A stretch of 64,000 nt of DNA from an uncultured bacterium. GTDB taxonomy: Bacteria; Schekmanbacteria; GWA2-38-11; J061. The translations under genes and the position numbers were made by a program. Location: NCBI GenBank assembly GCA_964549305.1, contig CAZJVM010000001.1, positions 5,217 to 69,216 on the forward strand, given 5' to 3'. The stretch's first letter is position 1, and each line of letters starts with the position of its first letter. Shown piece by piece: positions 52,448-61,238 of the stretch. Below the pieces are notes generated by a model. That model was given only the letters and a program-made list of their open reading frames with translations. It searched no databases and was not told the origin of the DNA.

Positions 52448-54675
52448 AAGAACCTGAAATAACCGATGAGCTTATAGAAAGTCACGGGCTTTCAAAGGAA
52501 GACTATTCAAGAATATGTGAAATACTTGGAAGAAAACCCGGTTATACGGAGCTTGGAATATTTTCCGTAATGTGGAGTGAGCATTGCAGTTATAAAAGCT
52601 CAAAGCCCTATCTCAGAAACTTTCCCACTCAGGCGCCTTGGGTTGTTCAGGGACCGGGAGAAAATGCGGGAATAATAGACATAGGTGACGGACTGGTTGC
52701 CGTATTTAAAATTGAAAGCCATAATCATCCTTCCTTTATAGAGCCATATCAGGGTGCCGCAACGGGAGTAGGAGGAATTTTAAGAGATATTTTCACAATG
52801 GGCGCCAGACCGGTGGCTAATCTCAATTCCCTGCGCTTCGGAAATGTAAATAACCCAAGAACAAAATATATAATAGAGGAAGTCGTGGCGGGAATTGCCG
52901 GATACGGCAATTGCATGGGAATACCAACTGTTGGAGGAGAGGTCTATTTTGATGATTGTTACGACAGCAATCCGCTCGTGAATGCTTTTACTCTTGGCAT
53001 AGCGAAGAAGGACAATATTTTTTACGGTGTAGCAACGGGAGTCGGTAATCCCGTAATCTACATTGGTTCAAAAACAGGGCGCGATGGAATACACGGTGCC
53101 ACGATGGCATCGGAGGAGTTTGACGAGGGTTCTGAAGAGAGAAGACCTACGGTGCAGGTGGGTGACCCCTTTACTGAAAAACTTCTTCTCGAAGCGTGCC
53201 TTGAATTAATGTCGAAGAATTGCATTCTCGGTATACAGGATATGGGTGCAGCGGGATTGACCTGCTCTACGGCGGAAATGGCGGCGCGCGCGGATACAGG
53301 GATAGAGATTGAGCTGAACAAAGTGCCTTTGAGAGAAGAGGGAATGATTCCCTATGAAATAATGCTTTCCGAATCACAGGAGAGAATGCTTCTTGTGACG
53401 GACAAGGGTAGGGAAGGCGAAGTGCTCGAAGTACTCAAAAAATGGGACCTCGATGCGGCAGTTATCGGCGAAGTTACGGATACAGGGAAATTTACCGTAA
53501 AGCAAAACGGAAAAGTCGTTTCCGATATCCCCGTAAAATCACTGACCGATGACATTTCCTCGGGAAAAAGAGATGTTGAAAGACCGAAATGGATAGACGA
53601 GATGGAGTTGAAAGAGACGGAATATACCTTGAATCCGTCAGACGCGGAGAGGGTATTTGAAGAGATAATTCTATCACCGGATATTTTGAGCAGGGAATGG
53701 ATTTATGACCAATATGACCATATGGTTGGAATAAATACAGTCGAGCTTCCGGGTTCGGATTCCGCAGTCATTCGTGTTGAAGAATCAGGCAAAGGGCTTG
53801 CAATCGCTCTTGACGGTAACGGCAGGTATTGCTTTATGAATCCCTATGAGGGGGGGAAATCATCAGTCGCGGAATGTGCGAGAAATATATCCTGCACGGG
53901 TGCGCAACCTCTTGCCATCACAAATTGCCTTAATTTCGGAAACCCCGAAAGATCCGATGTGATGTGGCAGTTTTCAGAAGCAGTGCGCGGAATCATAGAC
54001 GCCTGCAACAAGCTGAATACTCCTGTTACAGGCGGGAATGTGAGTTTTTACAATGAAACCATAGGCAAGGGAGTTTATCCCACTCCCGTTATAGGCATGG
54101 TTGGGGTTATAGACAATACTGAGAACAGATGCACTCAGGGTTTCAAAAACGAAGGAGATATTATTTTCCTTTTAGGTGAGAACCAAAGGGAAATGGGCGG
54201 AAGTCTCTATCAGAAATTTATTTGCAATGAAACGGCAGGTAAACTTCCTGTATGCAATCTTGATAAAGAAGTATCTCTTCATAACGTCTTAAGAGAGGCA
54301 ATTTCGTCAAAGTTGATAAATGCCGCGCACGATTGTTCTGACGGAGGGTTGGCGACAACGCTTGCCGAAATGTGTTTTGCTTCTAAAAAAGGTCTTGGCG
54401 CGGAAATTAATATTGCGGAAGATATTCCACCCATTGCCGTACTTTTCGGCGAGGCGCAGTCGCGCGCCGTTGTGACCTGCCATGAAAATAATATGGAACA
54501 GCTCAAGGAATTGCTAAGTAAATTCCCGGTTAAAACGACAATAATCGGAAAGGTAGCGCGGGATGATTTAAAAATCAGAGTCTCATCTAAAGGAACTGAT
54601 ATCTCAATTGAAAAAAATGTTTCGAAACTCAGGGACAAATGGAAAGGCGGAGTTAAGAATCTTGTGGCAAAGTGA
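52444..54675 (+). CDS. purL: Phosphoribosylformylglycinamidine synthase subunit PurL
   Basis: 743 aa, with duplicated AIR-synthase-related domains ([15 protein letters not shown]). It overlaps the purQ stop. Confidence 0.9.
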   Translation: MKEPEITDELIESHGLSKEDYSRICEILGRKPGYTELGIFSVMWSEHCSYKSSKPYLRNFPTQAPWVVQGPGENAGIIDIGDGLVAVFKIESHNHPSFIEPYQGAATGVGGILRDIFTMGARPVANLNSLRFGNVNNPRTKYIIEEVVAGIAGYGNCMGIPTVGGEVYFDDCYDSNPLVNAFTLGIAKKDNIFYGVATGVGNPVIYIGSKTGRDGIHGATMASEEFDEGSEERRPTVQVGDPFTEKLLLEACLELMSKNCILGIQDMGAAGLTCSTAEMAARADTGIEIELNKVPLREEGMIPYEIMLSESQERMLLVTDKGREGEVLEVLKKWDLDAAVIGEVTDTGKFTVKQNGKVVSDIPVKSLTDDISSGKRDVERPKWIDEMELKETEYTLNPSDAERVFEEIILSPDILSREWIYDQYDHMVGINTVELPGSDSAVIRVEESGKGLAIALDGNGRYCFMNPYEGGKSSVAECARNISCTGAQPLAITNCLNFGNPERSDVMWQFSEAVRGIIDACNKLNTPVTGGNVSFYNETIGKGVYPTPVIGMVGVIDNTENRCTQGFKNEGDIIFLLGENQREMGGSLYQKFICNETAGKLPVCNLDKEVSLHNVLREAISSKLINAAHDCSDGGLATTLAEMCFASKKGLGAEINIAEDIPPIAVLFGEAQSRAVVTCHENNMEQLKELLSKFPVKTTIIGKVARDDLKIRVSSKGTDISIEKNVSKLRDKWKGGVKNLVAK

Positions 54676-56071
54676 CAATAAAAAAGATGTCTTTCAGGAA
54701 AATTGCGGAGTATTCGGGATCTATAATCATTCCGAAGCGGCAAACCTCACATACCTTGGACTTTACGCGCTTCAGCACCGCGGTCAGGAAGGCGCCGGAA
54801 TCTGCACATTCGACGAAACGGGACTTCATCATTCAAAGGCGCGTGGACTTGTCGCCGAAATATTTACGGCTGAAAAATTGAGACGCCTCAGAGGCAATAA
54901 AGCGATAGGGCACAACCGCTACTCCACAACTGGACAGAGCAAGCTTAAAAACGTTCAGCCCTTTTACGCTAATTATTCATTCGGCAGCATAGCGATAGGG
55001 CACAACGGTAATATAGTAAACGCAAAATTGCTGCGGGAAAAACTTCAGGACAAAGGCGCTATCTTTCTTTCTTCAACTGACACCGAGGTTATCATTCATC
55101 TGATTGCGCAGTCATCGCAAAACAATATAATCGACCGTATCATAGATTCTTTAAATCAGGTTACGGGAGCATATTCCCTCGTTATACTTACAAAAAACGA
55201 ACTTATCGGTGTAAGAGATCCGCGTGGTTTCAGGCCTCTCGTAACCGGTGTCGTTGACGGCGCTCCTGTGCTTGCTTCGGAAACATGCGCGCTTGATTTG
55301 ATAGGCGCGCAGGATGTAAGGGAAGTGGAAGCAGGAGAGATGATTATTATCAATGACGAGGGTGTTCGCAGTATAAAGCCCTTTGAAAAGCTTAAAAGCT
55401 CGTTGTGCATATTCGAATTTATCTATTTTGCCAGACCCGACAGCAAAATCTTCGGTCGAAGCGTCTATGATGTGCGAAAAGAATTCGGACGCCAGCTTGC
55501 CAGGGTAAATAAAGTGGCTGCGGATGTGGTAATTCCGGTGCCGGATTCCGGCGTAGTAGCGGCACTCGGTTATTCCGAGGAATCGGGAATCCCTTTTGAT
55601 ACGGGGTTGATACGCAATCACTATGTGGGAAGAACATTTATTGAACCTAAACAGGCAATAAGGCATTTCGGTGTCAAAATAAAATTAAATCCCGTGGAAA
55701 GTGTTATAAGGGGAAAGAGAGTTGTAATAATCGATGACAGCATCGTGCGCGGAACGACGAGTAAAAAAATTGTCAAGATGATACGTGACGCGGGAGCAAA
55801 GGAAGTGCATATGCGCATAAGTTCGCCTCCAACGGAATATCCCTGTTTTTACGGAATCGATACACCTACGAGGGGAGAATTAATCGCGTCCTTTAATGAT
55901 ATTGACCATATCAGGGATTTTATAAAAGCCGACTCACTTTCATATCTCGATATGAATGCCATGCAGAATACCGTACAAGATAACGGCGGACAATTCTGCA
56001 AGGCGTGTTTTACGGGAAAATATCCCGTTGAGCCGGTTAACGGTGAGAACAATCAGCTGAGACTGCTTTAA
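54662..56071 (+). CDS. purF: Amidophosphoribosyltransferase (start uncertain; predicted N-terminal propeptide before the catalytic Cys)
   Basis: N-terminal-nucleophile Cys in CGVFGIY, followed by a PRTase domain ([13 protein letters not shown]). No ATG lies immediately before the Cys codon. The start is therefore either TTG 54662 (14-residue propeptide) or an ATG at 54608/54617 overlapping purL. B. subtilis PurF likewise has a propeptide. Confidence 0.85.
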   Translation: MWQSDNKKDVFQENCGVFGIYNHSEAANLTYLGLYALQHRGQEGAGICTFDETGLHHSKARGLVAEIFTAEKLRRLRGNKAIGHNRYSTTGQSKLKNVQPFYANYSFGSIAIGHNGNIVNAKLLREKLQDKGAIFLSSTDTEVIIHLIAQSSQNNIIDRIIDSLNQVTGAYSLVILTKNELIGVRDPRGFRPLVTGVVDGAPVLASETCALDLIGAQDVREVEAGEMIIINDEGVRSIKPFEKLKSSLCIFEFIYFARPDSKIFGRSVYDVRKEFGRQLARVNKVAADVVIPVPDSGVVAALGYSEESGIPFDTGLIRNHYVGRTFIEPKQAIRHFGVKIKLNPVESVIRGKRVVIIDDSIVRGTTSKKIVKMIRDAGAKEVHMRISSPPTEYPCFYGIDTPTRGELIASFNDIDHIRDFIKADSLSYLDMNAMQNTVQDNGGQFCKACFTGKYPVEPVNGENNQLRLL

Positions 56072-56081
56072 CCTTCTTCAA

Positions 56082-56978
56082 CTACGAATGCATTTTTCTT
56101 GAATACTCCGAGCAAAACTCCGCCCCGATAATGATGATTGCGCAGGATATGTAAATCCATCCCATAGTTGCAATCAAGGTCGCGACCGGTCCGAAAAGAA
56201 GCTGATAGTCGGTGAAATAGGTTGTTACGAAGACTATATAGCAGTAAAGAAAAAATACCCAGATTACAGTTGTGATTATGGTAGTTGTCAGTATTTCCCG
56301 GAATGTGACAAAGGTGTTCGGAAGAAATTTATAGAAAGAAAGAAAAAGAAGAAAAGCTGTTGTGGAAGTAAGTATGATATTGGTCACATCCTGCATTGGA
56401 ATAATCTTGTAAAGATTGTCTGGCAGAAGAGGAAGCTTGCTTATAAATAGAAGTAGCGAAGTTGAAGAAATCGAGACAAGCATTATCACCCCTGTAATAA
56501 ACATAAGCACCACGGAAAGAAACTTTTTCCGGATGAAATGCCTTTCTGATTTCACTTTCCACGCTTTATTTACCGCTTCCTCAAGGGCAGTAAAAAAATA
56601 AACCGCCGGCCAGATTAAAATTACGAGTCCGATGATTCCGAGCTTTTGTTTTAATTCCACTGTGTAATCTATGGTTTTAATTATAGATGGCTTTATTGTG
56701 GGAAAAACGTCCTGAAAGAAATTCTGGGCATTATTTTTGATTTCCGGTGAATCGATGATAAACCCCAGTACGGAAAAGAAGATAAGGATTAAGGGGAAAA
56801 GTGAAAAAAAAGCGTAAAATGCAAGCGCTGCCGCCCTTGTCGCTCCTTCATTTTCTATGGTGTTTTTTATTGCAGTTCTATAGATGGATAGAATATTTAA
56901 AATCTTTTTGAGCATAATAAAATAGATTATGAAATAAAAATAAAAACCGGTTTCTGAAACTGTAAAAGCATATATCAA
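56082..56978 (-). CDS. YihY/BrkB (virulence factor BrkB, formerly 'RNase BN') family inner-membrane protein
   Basis: 298 aa polytopic protein. The N-terminal region RAAALAFYAFFSLFPLILIF is characteristic of the YihY family. Confidence 0.7.
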   Translation of the reverse strand: MIYAFTVSETGFYFYFIIYFIMLKKILNILSIYRTAIKNTIENEGATRAAALAFYAFFSLFPLILIFFSVLGFIIDSPEIKNNAQNFFQDVFPTIKPSIIKTIDYTVELKQKLGIIGLVILIWPAVYFFTALEEAVNKAWKVKSERHFIRKKFLSVVLMFITGVIMLVSISSTSLLLFISKLPLLPDNLYKIIPMQDVTNIILTSTTAFLLFLSFYKFLPNTFVTFREILTTTIITTVIWVFFLYCYIVFVTTYFTDYQLLFGPVATLIATMGWIYISCAIIIIGAEFCSEYSRKMHS

Positions 56979-57341
56979 AAAGAATGAAGTTTATGGCAAC
57001 AGAGTATAATGACTGAAAGTGCAAGTTGTCAATAATCATAAAAATAAAAACCGGGCAAACAATTTGTAGCTTATAAAAGCATCAGAGGGTGTCAGGAAGA
57101 AAGCATATTCTATATCAATCATTTGTTGCTCACAGCGACGATAAATGGTTTGTAAATACAGCAGGTTAGCTATCATTGCTATGTCCTTTAAATGATTGTT
57201 TGCTATGCTATCTAATTGATTTATCAATAAATAAATTGTTTTTTCGCGGTAAAAAAAATATTTTATTGGATATGAGATTAAAGGTTTTTAAGGAAAGTGG
57301 CGACAATATATGGTATAAATGCTGCTAATGGGGGAGGTGGC

Positions 57342-57788
57342 ATGAAAAAAATATCGCTTAAAAAATCTGAAGACGCGTTTACACTTGTAGAAATTCTTGT
57401 TGCCATAGTAATCCTTTCTGTAGGACTTCTCTCAATAGCAAGTTTGGTTACAACTGTTATCAGGGGTAACGCAAAGAGCAGGCGAATGACTACGGCAATA
57501 ACTCTTGCGCAAACGAAAATAGAAGAGTTGAAAAATCTGGATTATGACGATAGCAAACTCGAAGATTCAAATACGGGCAACAATTCAAGCCTTACAAGCA
57601 CATCATCCACTGACCACAGCGAAGCGGATATAGACGCGGAAGGGGGAACAGGGGGAATTTATACGAGAATATGGAATGTTGCCGATGACACTCCTTCAAC
57701 GAATATGAAAACTATTACGGTTATCATAAAGTGGGAAGAAAAGGGCAAGGAAAGAAAGACTGCGTTTACAACTATAATATCGGAATGA
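57342..57788 (+). CDS. pilV: Type IV pilus minor pilin, PilV-like (prepilin-type N-terminal domain)
   Basis: MKKISLKKSEDA|FTLVEILVAIVILSVGLLSIASL: class III signal with Glu at +5, PilV-like (compare Pseudomonas PilV ...GFSMIEVLVALLVLAIGVLGLASL). A strong GGGGGAGG Shine-Dalgarno lies upstream. Ala rather than Gly at -1 is atypical. Confidence 0.6.
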   Translation: MKKISLKKSEDAFTLVEILVAIVILSVGLLSIASLVTTVIRGNAKSRRMTTAITLAQTKIEELKNLDYDDSKLEDSNTGNNSSLTSTSSTDHSEADIDAEGGTGGIYTRIWNVADDTPSTNMKTITVIIKWEEKGKERKTAFTTIISE

Positions 57789-57797
57789 GGATGAAAA

Positions 57798-58703
57798 GTG
57801 CGCGTGAAAAATAACAGGAATGGATTTACGCTTATAGAGTTGATGGTGTCGATACTTCTCGCATCTATACTTATGGTTACATTTTATACTCTTCTTACCA
57901 GTCAGCAGAGAACATACAACAGTCAGGATTTGATTGTTGAAATGCAGCAAAATGTGAGGACGGCAATGGATACTTTGACGAGGGAATTCAGGTCAATCGG
58001 ATACGGAGTGCCTACTGCCGACACCCCTTCGGAAATTGCCGTTATAAGCAGCGCGACGGAAAACACCATAACCTTTCTCGTTGACCTTGATAATGTGAAG
58101 GCGACACTTACTGCCGACTACACGGCAGGAAATACTACTCTTTCCGTTGACACGGTGTCGGAGACATCTTCCGACAGTTATTATGGCAATTTTTCCGCAG
58201 GTGATACAATATATATAACTGACGGAAGCAAGTGGGAAGCCACTGACGTGTCATCTACTTCCCAGGGGAGTTTGGGTATCGGGGCTTTAACCAATGATTT
58301 TTCCCAGGGGTCGGTGCTTCACGTAATCAACACAATTACGTATGCCCAGAATCCATCCGACCACAAACATTCGACTGATGCGCCAACCATTAAATTGACG
58401 CGGTCTGTTGACGGAAGCACGGCACAACCGGTAGTCGATGACATTGATTATCTTGAATTCAAATACTATGATGATTCGGACAGTCAGGTCGGTTCAGCGA
58501 CTCCATACAAGAGTGTAAGTTTATCTTCCGGTGATGTAGGCGACGTAAGGAAAATAAAAGTTCTTTTTATCGCGCGAACATCGAGAGAAGATCCAAGCTA
58601 CTCGAGTTCCGGGGTCTATAACTGCGGCGACAAATACAGCGACCAATATCACAGATTAACACTGGAATCGGAAATAAAATTAAGAAATGCAGGATTGGAA
58701 TGA
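57798..58703 (+). CDS. pilW: Type IV pilus minor pilin, PilW-like
   Basis: MRVKNNRNG|FTLIELMVSILLASILMV is a canonical prepilin leader and methylation motif. PilW-like length (301 aa) and position after pilV. GTG start. Confidence 0.65.
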   Translation: MRVKNNRNGFTLIELMVSILLASILMVTFYTLLTSQQRTYNSQDLIVEMQQNVRTAMDTLTREFRSIGYGVPTADTPSEIAVISSATENTITFLVDLDNVKATLTADYTAGNTTLSVDTVSETSSDSYYGNFSAGDTIYITDGSKWEATDVSSTSQGSLGIGALTNDFSQGSVLHVINTITYAQNPSDHKHSTDAPTIKLTRSVDGSTAQPVVDDIDYLEFKYYDDSDSQVGSATPYKSVSLSSGDVGDVRKIKVLFIARTSREDPSYSSSGVYNCGDKYSDQYHRLTLESEIKLRNAGLE

Positions 58704-58704
58704 T

Positions 58705-59766
58705 ATGAAAAATAACAAAATGTTAAGCAATGAGTCGGGATTTGTCCTTGCACTTGCAATGTTTCTTCTTGCTATTCTCACTGTGATCGGTCTCGGCGCG
58801 ATTTTGATTACATCGACAGAGCTTAAGATATCGGGGAATCTCAGAACTGCTACCGATGCCCTGTATGTGGCAGAGGGAGGTATGGAAATTACTGAAGGAA
58901 AATTGAAGGCAAACGCAGTGAGCAATTTTGCAGGAACAAGCGGGACAACAAGCAATACGCAGATTTATGTCGTAGGAAAATCACCTAAAAACACCATTAA
59001 AAATCCTTTAAACTGGGTTGACACAAGCTGGTATATAGATTCGGATATGACCACGCCCCTGTCCGAGGGCAATGCGGAAACCGTGACTGCTCTTTATAAC
59101 AAATATACTATTGGTTCCGGGGAAGCCAATATTACACTGCCAAGACCTCAGTGGTTGTGGGTAAATCCCACGATTGTGGCGTTCAGAAACGTCAGGTCCA
59201 CATTCTCGGGAACAAATGCCAAAAAAGTGGAAGCGGATATTGAAATAAGATTTGAAAATAATCTCCTTTCCTTTCAGGTGTTCAAAGACCCTTCTGACGG
59301 TGTATCCGATGTTGACAATATTTCCAACAACAATGTTATAATAGGAGGTACAGGTTATGATTTTGGAATCGATCCTGCATTAAGCAAGATTACGGGAATT
59401 TGCACGAACGATAACAGTACGAAAGCTATTATAATTTATAGGGATGGGGACAACAATTTAGCGACTTCAGACTGGACAATAGTCGGAGAACCGGAGATTA
59501 ACACGACTAACAGTACATTTTGCCTCAGCAATGCGAGAGGTTACAGATATACAGCTTTGGGTGGTGCCGGGTCAAAAGAACCGGTAGCGGTTTTAAGCGC
59601 AAGCGAATATATTCCCGATACTACGGGCGCGCCTGTTTTGTCAATCAGTAACGGGGAAATTTACAAGGTTGAACTTGTCGATATATCTATGCTTTCACGA
59701 AGTGCCGGAAATCCGGCGGGTTCATCGGCAGGAAGCTGGGTGTCGAATACTTATAATCAATGGTAA
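58705..59766 (+). CDS. pilX: Type IV pilus minor pilin, PilX-like (PilX_N domain)
   Basis: ESGFVLALAMFLLAILTVIGLGAILITSTELKISGN matches the PilX N-terminal domain consensus (QRGxALxVALxxLLxLTLLGxxAxxxxxLxExMAGN). The start was moved to the ATG after the pilW stop. Confidence 0.6.
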   Translation: MKNNKMLSNESGFVLALAMFLLAILTVIGLGAILITSTELKISGNLRTATDALYVAEGGMEITEGKLKANAVSNFAGTSGTTSNTQIYVVGKSPKNTIKNPLNWVDTSWYIDSDMTTPLSEGNAETVTALYNKYTIGSGEANITLPRPQWLWVNPTIVAFRNVRSTFSGTNAKKVEADIEIRFENNLLSFQVFKDPSDGVSDVDNISNNNVIIGGTGYDFGIDPALSKITGICTNDNSTKAIIIYRDGDNNLATSDWTIVGEPEINTTNSTFCLSNARGYRYTALGGAGSKEPVAVLSASEYIPDTTGAPVLSISNGEIYKVELVDISMLSRSAGNPAGSSAGSWVSNTYNQW

Positions 59767-59790
59767 ACAAAAATATTAAAGGAGAATAAA

Positions 59791-59988
59791 ATGTTTAAAA
59801 ATCTGATTTGGGTTTTAATGACTTTTCTGGCATTAGCGGTTGTAATAACCTTTTCAACAGTGACAACGCGTGCCGATTCTGATACAAATTCAGCGAGTAA
59901 TATGAATGCTCCGGTAAACGGCGCGCAGGGGACAGGCACCAATGCCGAGCCGAACTCGACAATAAAAAACTGGCACGAAGTAAATTAA
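59791..59988 (+). CDS. Small secreted peptide precursor, paralog A (signal peptide, N/S/T/G-rich core, conserved C-terminal STIKNWHEVN)
   Basis: 65 aa. AAAGGAG Shine-Dalgarno 6 nt upstream. Sec-type signal peptide (MFKNLIWVLMTFLALAVVITFSTVTTRA). The mature part is ~37 aa. Confidence 0.6.
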   Translation: MFKNLIWVLMTFLALAVVITFSTVTTRADSDTNSASNMNAPVNGAQGTGTNAEPNSTIKNWHEVN

Positions 59989-60031
59989 TGATGTATTTGT
60001 ATAAATAAGATATATAAGAACGGAGGTTAAA

Positions 60032-60214
60032 ATGGCAAAAATAGTTAAAATGGTTTTGATATTACTCGTGTCAGGATTGATGAGCGCAACATTTACATTT
60101 GCAGTTACCACAAATTCAGACAGCAACTCAAACGCGAATGTTAATGGAGGAGGCGGACAGACTCAGCCATTTACGCCTTCTACTACAATAAAGAACTGGC
60201 ACGAAGTCAAATAA
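60032..60214 (+). CDS. Small secreted peptide precursor, paralog B (conserved C-terminal TTIKNWHEVK)
   Basis: 60 aa. GGAGG Shine-Dalgarno 5 nt upstream. Signal peptide (MAKIVKMVLILLVSGLMSATFTFAVTT). It shares with paralog A the pattern TF(S/T)xAVTTx(A/S)DSxxN...(S/T)TIKNWHEV(N/K). Confidence 0.6.
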   Translation: MAKIVKMVLILLVSGLMSATFTFAVTTNSDSNSNANVNGGGGQTQPFTPSTTIKNWHEVK

Positions 60215-60317
60215 TTCAAATATTCCTGCATACATATAAGTAAATTTTACGTTGCGGACTGTCACTATAGTTGATTATCCCAACCGTTCACTTATTGTTC
60301 AGGCAGAGAGTCTAATA

Positions 60318-61238
60318 TTGAAGAAATTCCTTTTTCTTTTATTTCTTGTCATAGTCACGGCATTTTCAGGGTGTCACCGCATAAGCGATAATGAGCTTAG
60401 TGACGTGGAGTCCGCAATAGAGTCAAAAGATTACAATCGTGCTTTGACAACTCTTTCACAACTCGCGGAAAAATATAAGGGAGATGCAATTGTCCATTAT
60501 CTTTCGGGATACTGCTTTTTAAAAAAAGAAGACAACGAAGCGGCACTCAAAGCATTCAAAAGGACTTTTGATATAAGAAAAAATTACTCCGCAATGGTAG
60601 GTGATGTTGATGTGGCGAATTTTCTCGCCGGAAACAGTTTGTCGGCGGAAAACCCTTTCTTCAAGGGAGCGATGAGAGAACTCGATACGATTATAAGCAA
60701 AAACAGCGGGGGCGAAACGGAAGAAAGAATTCGCTATCACAAGGCATCGCTTCTTCTTTTAAAAGACAAATATGATAAAGCAATCGATGAACTTGAAAAG
60801 ATAATTGAAAATAAAGTAGTGTCTCCTTATGATGCAAAAGCATATTTGAAAATTGGAGAAATCACCGCTCAATATTTACAAAATGAAGATAAGGGACTTA
60901 GTATTATCAGCGCGCTTATTGACAAATATCCCAATGACAGGGAAACTTTGGCAGAGTCAATGATTTGGATTGCAGAATATAAGATTAAACGCGCGAATAT
61001 GCTTAAAAAGAGGATCGAATCCCTCGAAGATTTTATCGAGTCATGGAAAGGGATAAAAGGGTTTCAGGAGGATATCAAAGAGGCAGTTGTGCAGATAGGG
61101 TCCGATAGTAAAAGCAGAAACAAATGTATTGCTGAAGCAAAGGAATATATTGATAAAATCAACAGGGAATATGCGGGAAGCAATTTTGCCGAAAGGACAA
61201 AAATGCTTTTAAGTGGCCTAAATGCAGTTAACCGGTAA
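60318..61238 (+). CDS. TPR-repeat lipoprotein
   Basis: TTG start, then LKKFLFLLFLVIVTAFSGC, a lipobox with Cys. TPR-like helical repeats fill the rest of the protein. Confidence 0.5.
   Translation: MKKFLFLLFLVIVTAFSGCHRISDNELSDVESAIESKDYNRALTTLSQLAEKYKGDAIVHYLSGYCFLKKEDNEAALKAFKRTFDIRKNYSAMVGDVDVANFLAGNSLSAENPFFKGAMRELDTIISKNSGGETEERIRYHKASLLLLKDKYDKAIDELEKIIENKVVSPYDAKAYLKIGEITAQYLQNEDKGLSIISALIDKYPNDRETLAESMIWIAEYKIKRANMLKKRIESLEDFIESWKGIKGFQEDIKEAVVQIGSDSKSRNKCIAEAKEYIDKINREYAGSNFAERTKMLLSGLNAVNR

Noticed and set aside
59791-60214. N-glycosylation sequons in the two secreted peptides (as substrates of a PglB-like transferase)
   Set aside because: Paralog A has one D/E-X-N-X-S/T-like site (EPNST), but X(-1) is Pro, which bacterial oligosaccharyltransferases do not accept. 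Paralog B has no N-X-S/T. O-glycosylation remains possible and is covered in the GT-C-like membrane-protein finding.
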